A stretch of DNA of 64,000 nucleotides from an uncultured Gemmatimonadales bacterium. Its GTDB lineage: Bacteria; Gemmatimonadota; Gemmatimonadetes; Longimicrobiales; RSA9. Below are positions 31,884 through 40,961 of this stretch, one piece after another; positions within the stretch are counted from its first letter, which is position 1; each line of letters opens with the position of its first letter. The stretch is from positions 1,024,001 to 1,088,000 of the forward strand of contig CAWFKH010000003.1 in NCBI GenBank assembly GCA_963816355.1, written 5' to 3'. The notes beneath the pieces are model-generated. The model was not told the origin of the DNA. It did no database searches and saw only the letters and a list, made by a program, of their open reading frames with translations. The translations under genes and the position numbers were made by a program.

Positions 31884-32629
31884 GGATCCTCGTCACCAAC
31901 GACGACGGCTACCTCGCCCCGGGAATCCGCACCCTCGTCCGCGCCGCGGAGCGCATCGGCGAGGTGCACGTCGTCGCGCCGGACCGCGAGCAGAGCGCGA
32001 CGAGCCACTCCCTCACCATGCACCGCCCCCTGCGCGTGCGGCGGGCGCAGGCCGCCATCGACGTGGTGGACGGGACGCCCACGGATTGCGTCCTCCTCGC
32101 GGTCGGCGAGCTGCTCGCCGAACGGCCGGACGTCGTGCTTTCGGGCGTGAACCACGGACCGAACCTGGGTGACGACGTCCTCTACTCCGGCACCGTCGCC
32201 GCCGCGATGGAAGCGACGATCCTCGGCATTCCGGCGGTCGCGATCTCCTTCGCCGGTGCGGAGCCGGAGTTGATCGACCGGTGGGAGGGACACGTGGAGG
32301 CGCTGCTTCGTCAGCTCGTCGCCGCCGACCGCTTCCCGGCCGACACGCTGGTCAACGTCAATCTGCCGCCGCTCTCGCCCGAGGAGGCGCGCGGCGTGCG
32401 CGTGACCACGCTCGGGCGCCGCACCTACGACGACTCGCTGACGCGCGCGAGGGATCCGAGCGGCCGCGAGTATTTCTGGATCGGTGGGGGCGCGAGCCGC
32501 TGGTGGGGGCCGGAGCGCTCGGACTTCCACGCGATCCGAGCCGGCTACGTCTCGGTCACGCCGCTCCACCTCGACCTGACGAACTACGATCTGATCCAGG
32601 ACATCGAGGGATGGGAACTGAGCATCTGA
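31880..32629 (+). CDS. surE: 5'/3'-nucleotidase SurE
   Basis: MRILVTNDDG, GTPTDCV, SGVNHGPNLG, YSGTVAAA. Confidence 0.96.
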   Translation: MRILVTNDDGYLAPGIRTLVRAAERIGEVHVVAPDREQSATSHSLTMHRPLRVRRAQAAIDVVDGTPTDCVLLAVGELLAERPDVVLSGVNHGPNLGDDVLYSGTVAAAMEATILGIPAVAISFAGAEPELIDRWEGHVEALLRQLVAADRFPADTLVNVNLPPLSPEEARGVRVTTLGRRTYDDSLTRARDPSGREYFWIGGGASRWWGPERSDFHAIRAGYVSVTPLHLDLTNYDLIQDIEGWELSI

Positions 32630-33273
32630 GCGAGCGCCACTTCGAGGCGCAGCGGCGCCAGTTGATCGAGGCCGTGCGCGAGCGCGGAATCGACGACCTC
32701 GAGATCCTGCGTGCGCTCGACCAGGTCCCACGCCACCTCTTCCTTCCGGAGGCGGTGCATCATCGCGCCTACGAGGACGCCCCGCTCCCGATCGGTTTCG
32801 GACAGACGGCAACGCAGCCGTCGGTGCAGGCGCTCTACATGAAGCTGCTCGCAGTGGCACCCGAGGACCGTGTCCTCGAAATCGGCACGGGGAGCGGCTT
32901 CCAGACCGCGTGGCTCGCCCGGCTCTCCTTACACGTCTACTCGATCGAGCGCGTTCGCCCGCTCTCGCTGCGGGCGCGAGCCGCGCTGGACGCGCTGCGC
33001 ATTGCCAACGTCGCACTGCTGGTCGGCGACGGCACCGTCGGCTGGTCCCGCTACGCGCCTTACGACGCGATCCTCGTCGCCGCCGGCGCTCCGGAGCCGC
33101 CGAAGGCGCTCCTCGACCAGCTCGCCGAGGGCGGGCGGCTGCTGATTCCGATCGGCGGCCGCGAGGAGCAGCGCCTGACGCTCTACCGTCGCAATGCGTC
33201 CGGAATCGCCAGCGAGGACGCAGGGCCGTGCACGTTCCTCCCCCTCGTCGGCCGCTTCGGCTGGATGGAGTAG
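32611..33273 (+). CDS. pcm: Protein-L-isoaspartate O-methyltransferase
   Basis: VPRHLF, AYEDAPLPIG.GQT, LEIGTGSG, GDGTVGW..APYDAI; surE-pcm synteny. Confidence 0.94.
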   Translation: MGTEHLSERHFEAQRRQLIEAVRERGIDDLEILRALDQVPRHLFLPEAVHHRAYEDAPLPIGFGQTATQPSVQALYMKLLAVAPEDRVLEIGTGSGFQTAWLARLSLHVYSIERVRPLSLRARAALDALRIANVALLVGDGTVGWSRYAPYDAILVAAGAPEPPKALLDQLAEGGRLLIPIGGREEQRLTLYRRNASGIASEDAGPCTFLPLVGRFGWME

Positions 33274-33398
33274 GCGCGCCGCCGTCGCCGAGCGTGTCGC
33301 AGAAGTGGGAAGGAAGCCTTCCGTCACGCGCCCCTTCGGCCTATCTTCAGCATTCCCGACCCTCTCTTCCCTCACCGGTTTTTGAGCAGAGGAGCAGC

Positions 33399-34100
33399 AT
33401 GCAAGCCGACGAGGCGACCGGAAGGAATCCGAGCCAGATGCCACCCGCGGCGTCGCGCGGCTCGGGGCCGAGCCGCGGCGGCGGCGCGGGTGGCGCGCGG
33501 CTGGCGCCGCCGTTCTTCGCCAGCGACGGCACCGGGACCGCGCCGCCCGCCGGCCGTCCCGAACCCACGCCCGCGCGCTCCGCCGCGCCCGCCCCCGCGG
33601 CGACCCCCGCATCGTGGGAAGGCGCCGAGACGCCGTGGGCGAATCCCGACGCCGACGCCCCTTCCGGAGCCGCCGGGAGCGGAGGCGAGGAGGCGTTCCC
33701 CTGGGAGGGCGAACCCGCCGACGGCGGCGAGCTGCTGCTCAGCGAGACCGTCGATGCCGGCGAGCTGCTGCTCACCGACGTCGCGGCGCCGACGCCATCG
33801 CCGGTCGACGAAGACGCCGGTGTCGCCGACGTCGAAGCGGAGGGCGGGTCGTTTCCACCCGAGGCGTTCTACGTGCCCGCGGACGCCGAGCGCGCCCCCG
33901 CGGGCGCCGTCCCCGGGTCCGCGCCGCCGATGGACGATGCCGAAGCGCTCGCGGAGCGGCTCGAGCAGATCGCGCGGCGGCTGCGCCACGAGGGGACCGG
34001 CCATCTCGCGGACCGCATCGGCAGCGGCGACCGCTTCGAGGCGATCCTCGCGGCCGCGATCACCGGCTATCTCGCCGGTCGCCGCGACAGTCGTGGCTGA
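33399..34100 (+). CDS. Hypothetical protein: acidic Pro/Ala-rich disordered region with C-terminal helical domain
   Basis: SD GAGGAG; fills the pcm-apt gap; stop overlaps the apt start. Confidence 0.65.
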   Translation: MQADEATGRNPSQMPPAASRGSGPSRGGGAGGARLAPPFFASDGTGTAPPAGRPEPTPARSAAPAPAATPASWEGAETPWANPDADAPSGAAGSGGEEAFPWEGEPADGGELLLSETVDAGELLLTDVAAPTPSPVDEDAGVADVEAEGGSFPPEAFYVPADAERAPAGAVPGSAPPMDDAEALAERLEQIARRLRHEGTGHLADRIGSGDRFEAILAAAITGYLAGRRDSRG

Positions 34101-34626
34101 GCCGGTTCCGCTCACCGAGATCGCCGCGGCCATTCGCGACATCCCCGACTTTCCCGAGAAGGGGATCGTCTTCAAGGACATCACGCCCCTGCTCGCCGAC
34201 GCCCGGCTCTTCGACGCGGCCGTCGAGCACCTCGCCGCGCGCACGGCCCCGCTCCGCGCCGACACCGTCGTGGCGATCGAGGCGCGCGGCTTCATCCTCG
34301 GCGCGCCGCTCGCGCTGCGTCTCGGTTGCGGCTTCGTCCCCGTGAGAAAGCCGGGCAAGCTGCCGTTCCGGACTCTCCGCGAGGGCTACGCGTTGGAGTA
34401 CGGCAGCGGTGAGCTGGAGGCGCACGAGGATGCGTTCGTGCAGGGCCACCGCGTCCTCGTGGTCGACGACGTCCTGGCGACCGGCGGCACGGCGGCCGCG
34501 ACGGCCCGCCTCGTCGAGCGTCTCGGCGGCAGCGTCGAGGGTTACGCGTTCCTCCTCGAGATCGCCGCCCTCGAAGGCCGCGGCCGGATCGCCGGCCGAC
34601 CCACCGAGGTGCTGATCTCGAGCTAG
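34093..34626 (+). CDS. apt: Adenine phosphoribosyltransferase
   Basis: [42 protein letters not shown]. Confidence 0.96.
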   Translation: MAEPVPLTEIAAAIRDIPDFPEKGIVFKDITPLLADARLFDAAVEHLAARTAPLRADTVVAIEARGFILGAPLALRLGCGFVPVRKPGKLPFRTLREGYALEYGSGELEAHEDAFVQGHRVLVVDDVLATGGTAAATARLVERLGGSVEGYAFLLEIAALEGRGRIAGRPTEVLISS

Positions 34627-34660
34627 AGCGCCCCCCGCCCCCCCGCGAGCCGGCGCCCCA

Positions 34661-34724
34661 CCGCTATCCCTCCAGCGGCCCGTGCCGCGCCGCCGCTATC
34701 CCTCCATCGGCCCGTGCCGCTCCG
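34661..34724. repeat. 32-bp tandem duplication covering the dedA stop codon
   Basis: CCGCTATCCCTCCAGCGGCCCGTGCCGCGCCG followed by CCGCTATCCCTCCATCGGCCCGTGCCGCTCCG (2 mismatches). Confidence 0.9.
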
Positions 34725-35337
34725 CGCGCAGGATCCGCACGTGGCGCCACACCCACCACGCAGCGCCCATGAGGATCGCCGCGGCGATGACGGCGTCGAA
34801 GCGGTGGAAGTAGACCCCGATCGAGTCCCAGTGCTCGCCCAACTGAAGGCCGATGTAGGCGAGGCCGAAGCTCCAGATCAGCGATCCGACGAAGGTGTAG
34901 ACGACGAACGGTACAAGGCGCATCCGCGACACGCCGGCGGGGAAGGCGATGAAGGTGCGGATGACCGGCAGCAGGCGTCCGATGAATACGGAGAGGTCGC
35001 CGTGTCGCGCGAACCAGCGATCGGCCATCTCCAGGTCGTGGCGCGTGATCAGGATGTAGCGGCCGTAGCGCTCGATGAAGCGGCGCCCCCCGACCGCGCC
35101 CACATAGTACGCGACGAGCGAGCCGAGAACGCAGCCGACGGCGCCCGCGAGGGAGACGCCCCAGAGGCTCAGCACGTCCGCCGCGACCAGCGAGCCGGCG
35201 AACGGCATGATCACCTCCGACGGCAGCGGAATGCACGCGCTCTCCACGCCCATCAGGATGATCACGCCGCCGTAGCCGAGACGCGCGATGATCCCCATGA
35301 TGAGCGACCCTACGGCGCTCATGATCCCCGCCAGCAC
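34696..35337 (-). CDS. DedA family membrane protein
   Basis: MGVESACIPLPSEVIMPFAG, GRLLPVIRTFIAFPAG. Start is GTG 35337 (SD-like GGAG) or ATG 35322. Confidence 0.92.
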   Translation of the reverse strand: MLAGIMSAVGSLIMGIIARLGYGGVIILMGVESACIPLPSEVIMPFAGSLVAADVLSLWGVSLAGAVGCVLGSLVAYYVGAVGGRRFIERYGRYILITRHDLEMADRWFARHGDLSVFIGRLLPVIRTFIAFPAGVSRMRLVPFVVYTFVGSLIWSFGLAYIGLQLGEHWDSIGVYFHRFDAVIAAAILMGAAWWVWRHVRILRAERHGPMEG

Positions 35338-35452
35338 GCTCTCCCCCCGCGGTTGCGACCGTGGCCCACCGGGCCGGAACGCGACAACATACGGCGAGGT
35401 GCGCGCTGGCGCAGCCGCGGCCATCGGGTGTTCGGGCGGATCGATCCGGGCG

Positions 35453-37918
35453 TCAGCGGGCAATCAGCGTGTCCGAGACGAGAATCGTGGAGATCGACGC
35501 GAAGCGGCGACTGTGTTCGACGACGTTAGCCCGCAGCGGGAAGTTCGCGATGTAGGTGCGAAGAAGGTCGATCGCCGATTCCGCGTCACCGAGCGCGAGG
35601 CGCGCTTCCGCCTCCAGCACGAGCGACTCGTCGCCCGGATACGCCCGGCGGGAGCGGCGGATCACGGCGCGCGCGCTGTCGCGAAGGCCTGCGCGCGCGG
35701 CGACCGATGCGACCAGAAGTGACAACTGCGCGCGATGCCATCCCGGGCCGGGATCGGAGAGACCGGCGAGCACGTTCCAGGCAGCATCGACGTCGCCGGG
35801 TGCGGGGCCGCCGTCGGCGCGCGCCAGGCTCTCGAGACTGCACGTCACCGTCGGTACGGCGTGCGGATACTCGATCCGCATACGCGAGCAGTAGTCGGCC
35901 GCGGCCGAGTCGTCCCGCGTTTCGAACGCGTCGCGGTAGAGCTGTGCCAGCAGCTCGAGCCTGTGGTCCTGGAACGCGTCCGCGTCGTAGGCGTGGCGAG
36001 CGGCGAGGTACGCCGCCGCGAAGTCGCCCCGCACGTTCAGAATGCGGGCAAGCGCCCACCACGCAGAGGCTCGATCCGCGTCGCGCCGAAGAAGATGGCG
36101 GACGTCGTTCTCCGCGGCCGACAGGGCGCCTCTCGCCTCGGAAACCGGCGTCGAGGGTAGAATTCCAAGCCAGAAGTTCGCCTTCGACCGCTCTTCCAGG
36201 ACGTCCGGATCCGTGGGATCGAGACGCAGCGCCTGACTCGTGATGTCGTTCGCCTCCAACATCGCCGCCCGCACCGCGGCGAAATCCGGCGTTCCCGACG
36301 CGAGCACGAGCTCGCCCGCCGCGCGTTTCGCTCGGGCCCGGCCCAGCAGCGGAAAGACCGCCCGCGGATCCGCAGCCGCCGACAGCGAGAACAGGGAATC
36401 GGCGAGCCGCGTGGCACGAGCGGCCAGCGGGGCCGACCCCGACGCGTGGAAACGGTACGCGCGATCCACGTCCCGGGTGCCCTCCTCGAAGAGCTGCCAT
36501 GAGCGATCGCTGCTCGCCCGCTCCCGCCAGCGACGGAGTCGGACGTCGCGGCCGATCGCCACGCGCACATCGTGGCTCAGACCCGGCGCCGCCTCCGCGA
36601 GTTGGCGAAGATCCGGCTCCGGTACCTGCATCGTTCGCGTGGCCACGATCTCCCCGGACCCCGCATGCGTGAGCCGCAGCGACACCGTCCAGCCCCGCGA
36701 CGCCTCCATCACGTCCACCACCAGCCGATACGCGTCGGCGCCCGACGCCGTCGCTCCGGCCTCCGCTTCGCCCGGCTTCACCAGCAGCCCCGACGACTCG
36801 GAAAGCGCGTCCAGCACTGCCGTCCGCAGCACCGAACCCGCCTCCTGTGGCCCCCGCAGGACGTTGAAGCGAGGAACGTCCAGTACGACGCTCGACCCCG
36901 ACGCCACCGTCTGCGCGGGCGCCGATCGCGTCTGCCTCGACACCCACGTGACCCCGATCGCCACCACCACCACCACCGCCGCAGCCCACGCCGCCACCCG
37001 CCACCCCCGGCGCCGCCGCGGCGGCGCCGCAGGCGCGGACGCCGGCACGGACGCCGCGGCCGCAGCCGGCGCGGCTGACGCCGATGGCTCCCGCTCCGCC
37101 ACCGTCTCCGCCGCGGAAGCCGTCGTCGGCGCCGGGGCCGCCCGCCTGGACGGCGCCGGCTCCGTCCGTCCCCGCAGCCGCGCCGCCAGCGCCCGCGTGC
37201 CCGGCGCCGGTGCGAGATCCATCTCCACCGCCAGCCGATTCGCGAACGCTTCGTACGCCGAGATCGCCGCCGCCCGGTCCCCCACCTCGGCGATCAGCGT
37301 CATCGCGCGACGGACCGCCTCTTCCATGTCGAACGACAACTCCGCGCCCCGCCGCGCCCACCGGATCACGTCTCCCTGCGCCGCCAACCCACCCGCTCCC
37401 GCCTCCGCCAGACTCAGCGCCGCCGCCGACGCCGCACGGCGGAGCCGCAGCCGCTCCTGGTCGATCCACAGCATCAGGTCCAATGCACCCTCCACGAACA
37501 GACCCGGCAGGAAGTCGCCACCGTACAACTCCAGCGCCGCTACCCGGTCGCCGCGCTCCAGCGCCGCCTCGAACTCGACCGCGTCGCAGACCACGCGTTC
37601 GGCCTCCAGCCCCAGATCGCTCCGGCGGCTCGCGAACACGTCCTTTCCCAGCACCGCCCGGATCGCGTACACCGTCTGGTTCAACGCCGCCCGCGCGTGC
37701 TCCCCATCCGCCTCCGCCCAAAACAGCGACAGCACCGAGTCCCGACTCCGCGTCCGGCCCTCCCCCGCGAGCGCCAGATAGGCGAGCAGCGCCAATCGTT
37801 TGTGGTGTCGAACGACGCTCGCAACGCTCTCTCCGGACGCGTCTCGCACGTCCAGAAGACCGAGTGTAACGATTCGTGCCACCCGCTCCAGCGGACCAAC
37901 CTGAATTTTCTCGGTCAC
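35453..37918 (-). CDS. Membrane-anchored SARP/BTAD transcriptional regulator with extracytoplasmic TolB-N-like and TPR domains
   Basis: TLGLL..KRLALLAYL..SRDSVLSLFW..ARAALNQTVY (wHTH); CDAVEF..ALELYGGDFLPG..WIDQER..GDRAAAISAY..P (BTAD); Ala/Pro linker; TM WRVAAWAAAVVVVVAIGVTWV; helical TPR C-terminus. Confidence 0.85.
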   Translation of the reverse strand: MTEKIQVGPLERVARIVTLGLLDVRDASGESVASVVRHHKRLALLAYLALAGEGRTRSRDSVLSLFWAEADGEHARAALNQTVYAIRAVLGKDVFASRRSDLGLEAERVVCDAVEFEAALERGDRVAALELYGGDFLPGLFVEGALDLMLWIDQERLRLRRAASAAALSLAEAGAGGLAAQGDVIRWARRGAELSFDMEEAVRRAMTLIAEVGDRAAAISAYEAFANRLAVEMDLAPAPGTRALAARLRGRTEPAPSRRAAPAPTTASAAETVAEREPSASAAPAAAAASVPASAPAAPPRRRRGWRVAAWAAAVVVVVAIGVTWVSRQTRSAPAQTVASGSSVVLDVPRFNVLRGPQEAGSVLRTAVLDALSESSGLLVKPGEAEAGATASGADAYRLVVDVMEASRGWTVSLRLTHAGSGEIVATRTMQVPEPDLRQLAEAAPGLSHDVRVAIGRDVRLRRWRERASSDRSWQLFEEGTRDVDRAYRFHASGSAPLAARATRLADSLFSLSAAADPRAVFPLLGRARAKRAAGELVLASGTPDFAAVRAAMLEANDITSQALRLDPTDPDVLEERSKANFWLGILPSTPVSEARGALSAAENDVRHLLRRDADRASAWWALARILNVRGDFAAAYLAARHAYDADAFQDHRLELLAQLYRDAFETRDDSAAADYCSRMRIEYPHAVPTVTCSLESLARADGGPAPGDVDAAWNVLAGLSDPGPGWHRAQLSLLVASVAARAGLRDSARAVIRRSRRAYPGDESLVLEAEARLALGDAESAIDLLRTYIANFPLRANVVEHSRRFASISTILVSDTLIAR

Positions 37919-37961
37919 CTAACTCGTTGTCACGCAGAAGGTTACAGAGGCAATAAGCGTC

Positions 37962-37983
37962 AGATGATTTTTAGATGATTTTT
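37962..37983. promoter_or_regulatory. Perfect 11-bp tandem repeat in divergent promoter, candidate SARP/OmpR-type binding site
   Basis: AGATGATTTTT x2 within an AT-rich 133-bp spacer. Confidence 0.55.
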
Positions 37984-38051
37984 CGTTCCGATATTTCTGA
38001 CGCGTGCGCCGGGTGGCGCTCTCGATCTTCTCCTCGATCCGTGGAGCCACG

Positions 38052-38270
38052 ATGAGACACAGGTTGCCCGGCGGCGGGGTCGGCGGGACGGCGCTGCTCG
38101 CCGTCACCCTCGCGGCGTGCAGCCCCGATCTGACAGCGCCCGGTCCCGAGCCGTCAGCGCTACCGAGCGCAGATTCGGAGGAGTGCTTCCTCGTAAACGG
38201 CATCCTGTACTGCCTCGGACCAGGCGGTTCCCGATCGACTACGGCGTCGGCGGACACGACGTCGCTGTAG
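38052..38270 (+). CDS. Small lipoprotein (72 aa) with a C-x8-C motif
   Basis: SD GGAG 5 nt upstream of ATG; signal peptide with lipobox LAAC; Pro/Ser linker; EECFLVNGILYC. Confidence 0.7.
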   Translation: MRHRLPGGGVGGTALLAVTLAACSPDLTAPGPEPSALPSADSEECFLVNGILYCLGPGGSRSTTASADTTSL

Positions 38271-38463
38271 CCCCACCCGGATGCCGCGCGGAGGCAACCG
38301 CCTGCGTGTGAGCATCTGAAACCCTACTCCGACGCCGCGATACGGACAAGGGGCGCTGCAAGCGAAACCCGGCCCGCCGCGGATCCTGCCGCCGATACGG
38401 GCCGCGCCGATTTCTCGGCGCGGCCCGCCCACTCCTGCAGGGCGACGACAATTCGGATCCACG

Positions 38464-38492
38464 TTGGGAAACCTGATGGGATCGCATAGATT
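38464..38492 (+). promoter_or_regulatory. Possible sigma70-type promoter for tRNA-Arg
   Basis: TTGGGA-N17-TAGATT, followed by a GC-rich discriminator. Confidence 0.4.
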
Positions 38493-38538
38493 CCGGGCGC
38501 GGCGCGCGCCGCTGGCGAGAGCGGGCTGCGCGCGCAGA

Positions 38539-38612
38539 GCCCTCGTAGCTCAGGTGGATAGAGCGACGGATTCCTAATCCGTAGGCCGCGCGTTCGAGTC
38601 GCGCCGAGGGCA
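38539..38612 (+). tRNA. tRNA-Arg (anticodon CCT)
   Basis: Acceptor stem GCCCTCG/CGAGGGC, D arm GCTC..GAGC, anticodon arm ACGGA-TTCCTAA-TCCGT, T loop TTCGAGT; CCA not encoded. Confidence 0.96.
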
Positions 38613-38651
38613 TTCCATGGTTTCGCGCTGAACATACGGCGTCTCGGGTGT

Positions 38652-39602
38652 ATGAGTGCGAGGCCCGCCGGCCGGGGCGGCCGGGGCGATCCTGGAGAGA
38701 CGCGAGGCGACGAGTTGGTCCGAAGGCGACACGGACGTGCTTGGATCGAGCGGATCCTGCCGGTCTTGCTGCTGGCGGCCGGCGGCGGCAGCGCAAGCGC
38801 GCAGGTCCAGCTTCCGCAGCCGGTCGGGTACGTGAACGACTTCGCGGACGTGATCCCGGCGGAGCGGGAAGCGCAGATCGAACGGATCATCGAGGAAGTG
38901 CGGGCGAAGTCGGGCGGCGAGATCGTCGTGGTGACGCTGCACGATCTGGGGGGCCGCACGGTGGACGAGGTGGCGCTGCAGATCGGGCGGCAGTGGAAGA
39001 TCGGACGAGCGGGGAAGCCGGGCGACAAGGGGCGCAACACGGGGACGGTGTTCCTCGTGGTGCCGAAGGAGGGATCTCCGGACGGTCGCGGACACGTCAA
39101 GATCGAGACCGGGATCGGGACGACGCAATTCGTCACGGCGGCCCAGGCGGGCCGCATCGAGGACCGCTTCGTCCTGCCGTACTTCCGCCGCCAGGAGTAC
39201 GGCACGGGCATCCTGCAGGGGGTCGCGGCGCTGGCGCAGCGCTATGCGCAGTTCTTCGATTTCCAGCTCACGGGTGAGGTGCCGCAGCCGACGGCGCCGT
39301 CGGGCTCGCCCGGCGGCGGCTCCGGGCTGGGGCGGCTGCTGCTGGTGATCTTCGTCGTGATCGTCGTGGCCGCTGTGATCGGCGGCGGGCGGGGCGGACG
39401 GGGCGGCGGAGGCGGCGGCGGGGGAGGGCGGCGCTACCGCGGCCCGATCATCATCCCGTTCCCGATGGGAGGGAGCCACCGCGGGGGGTGGGGCGGCTTC
39501 GGTGGCGGCGGCTTCGGTGGCGGCGGCTTCGGCGGCGGCGGCTTCGGCGGATTCGGTGGTGGCGGCGGCTTCGGCGGCGGCGGCGCCGGGCGCAGTTGGT
39601 GA
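38652..39602 (+). CDS. TPM (DUF477) domain membrane protein with Gly-rich tail
   Basis: Signal peptide, GYVNDFADVI, EIVVVT, WKIG, KIETGIG, TM helix, FGGGGFGGGGAGRSW tail. Start is uncertain. Confidence 0.9.
   Translation: MSARPAGRGGRGDPGETRGDELVRRRHGRAWIERILPVLLLAAGGGSASAQVQLPQPVGYVNDFADVIPAEREAQIERIIEEVRAKSGGEIVVVTLHDLGGRTVDEVALQIGRQWKIGRAGKPGDKGRNTGTVFLVVPKEGSPDGRGHVKIETGIGTTQFVTAAQAGRIEDRFVLPYFRRQEYGTGILQGVAALAQRYAQFFDFQLTGEVPQPTAPSGSPGGGSGLGRLLLVIFVVIVVAAVIGGGRGGRGGGGGGGGGRRYRGPIIIPFPMGGSHRGGWGGFGGGGFGGGGFGGGGFGGFGGGGGFGGGGAGRSW
39492..39585 (+). repeat. Coding minisatellite (GGCGGCTTCGG[T/C]GGC units) encoding GGFGG repeats
   Basis: About four 15-bp units plus degenerate copies, within the TPM gene tail. 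Confidence 0.8.
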
Positions 39603-39618
39603 GCAGCGGAGGGGAGTG

Positions 39619-40353
39619 ATGAGGGATCCGAAGGCGACGGCGGCGGACCTGACGAATGCGCTGCGGGGCGCGTGCGGCGAGGCGCTGAACTCGGTCCTGC
39701 TCTACGGCTCGGTGCCTCGGGGCGAGGCGATCGCCGAGGTGAGCGACATCAACGTCCTCGTGCTCCTGGAGGACACGGCGCCGGGGAGCCTGCGCACGAT
39801 CGCTCCGCTGGCCCGGCGGTGGGCGCGCGCGGGGAACACGGCGCCGCTGCTGCTCACGCCGGCGGAATGGCGGAGCGCGGCCAATGTCTTCGCGGTGGAG
39901 CTGGCGGACATGATCGACGCCCACGAGGTGCTGCACGGCGAGAATCCGCTGCACGGTCTGGAGCCGGGTCGCGATGCGCTGCGCTTCCAGTCGGAGCGGG
40001 AGCTGCGCGGCAAGCTGCTGCAGCTCCGCAGCGGAGCGACGCTCCTCTCGGACGAGCCGGCCGAGCTCGGGCGGCTCCTGCTCACCGCGCTGCCCTCGTT
40101 CACGACCTACCTGCGCGCCGCGCTGCGCCTGGCGGACGGCGGCAAGGCGCCCGCGACGACGCCGGAGGTGATCGAGGCGGGCTGCCGGCTCGTCGGCGCC
40201 TCGCCGGACGCGTTCGGCCGCTGCTGGGAAGCGCGGAAGGGGAACCGGTCCCTGCTCGCGAAGCTGGAAGGCGACCTCGCCTCGCAGTATTACGAGACGG
40301 CCGAGCGGATGGCGGTCTGGGTCGATGCCTTCAACGACGACGGAGGATCATGA
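39619..40353 (+). CDS. Pol-beta-type nucleotidyltransferase domain protein with helical C-terminal domain
   Basis: SVLLYGSVPRGEAIAEVSDINVLVLL motif; FAVELADM..H.VLHG; ERELRGKLLQLR. Confidence 0.82.
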   Translation: MRDPKATAADLTNALRGACGEALNSVLLYGSVPRGEAIAEVSDINVLVLLEDTAPGSLRTIAPLARRWARAGNTAPLLLTPAEWRSAANVFAVELADMIDAHEVLHGENPLHGLEPGRDALRFQSERELRGKLLQLRSGATLLSDEPAELGRLLLTALPSFTTYLRAALRLADGGKAPATTPEVIEAGCRLVGASPDAFGRCWEARKGNRSLLAKLEGDLASQYYETAERMAVWVDAFNDDGGS

Positions 40354-40961
40354 GCGCGACTCTGCGGAGATGGATCTGGATCCCGGCGGCGCTGCTTCTC
40401 GCTGGGTGCGGCTACAACACGATCCAGAACAAGGACGAGGCGGTCACGGCCGCGCGGGCGAACATCGACACCGAGCTGATGCGTCGCAACGACCTGATCC
40501 CGAATCTGGTCGCCACGGTCGACGAGGTGGCGAAGTTCGAGAAGCAGACGTACACGCAGGTCGCCCAGGCGCGCTCCGGCGTCGCGCAGGCGCGGCAGCA
40601 GGTCGCCCAGGCCGTCCAGTCGAACGCCCCCGCAGCGGAGCTCGGCCAGGCGAACGCCGCCCTCACCGGCAATCTGCGAACCTTCCTGAACGTGGCCGTC
40701 GAGGCCTATCCGCAGCTTCAGGCGAATCAGAACTTCCGCGGCCTGCAGGACGAGCTCACCGCGACGGAGAACCGCATCGCGGTCGCGCGGCGCGACTACA
40801 ACGAGACCGTGCAGGACTACAACAGCTACGTCCGACGCTTCCCGCAGGCGATCACGGCCCGCGTCATCGGCGCTGGACGCAAGCAGCCGTTCGAAGCGCC
40901 CGCCTCCGCCCGGCAGGCGCCGAAGGTCCAATTCGGCACCGGTGGGTCCGGAAATCCCTGA
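40350..40961 (+). CDS. lemA: LemA family protein (lipoprotein-type N-terminus)
   Basis: LLLAGCGYN, RRNDLIPNLV, VEAYPQLQANQNF, LQDELTATENRIAVARRDYN, RRFP. Confidence 0.94.
   Translation: MSATLRRWIWIPAALLLAGCGYNTIQNKDEAVTAARANIDTELMRRNDLIPNLVATVDEVAKFEKQTYTQVAQARSGVAQARQQVAQAVQSNAPAAELGQANAALTGNLRTFLNVAVEAYPQLQANQNFRGLQDELTATENRIAVARRDYNETVQDYNSYVRRFPQAITARVIGAGRKQPFEAPASARQAPKVQFGTGGSGNP

Noticed and set aside
38539..38700. tRNA-Arg as an integration site for a mobile island
   Set aside because: No integrase and no duplicated tRNA 3' end were seen in the window.
39492..39585. Short repeats resembling an array
   Set aside because: They are in-frame GGF coding repeats typical of TPM tails; no spacers and no cas genes, so not CRISPR.
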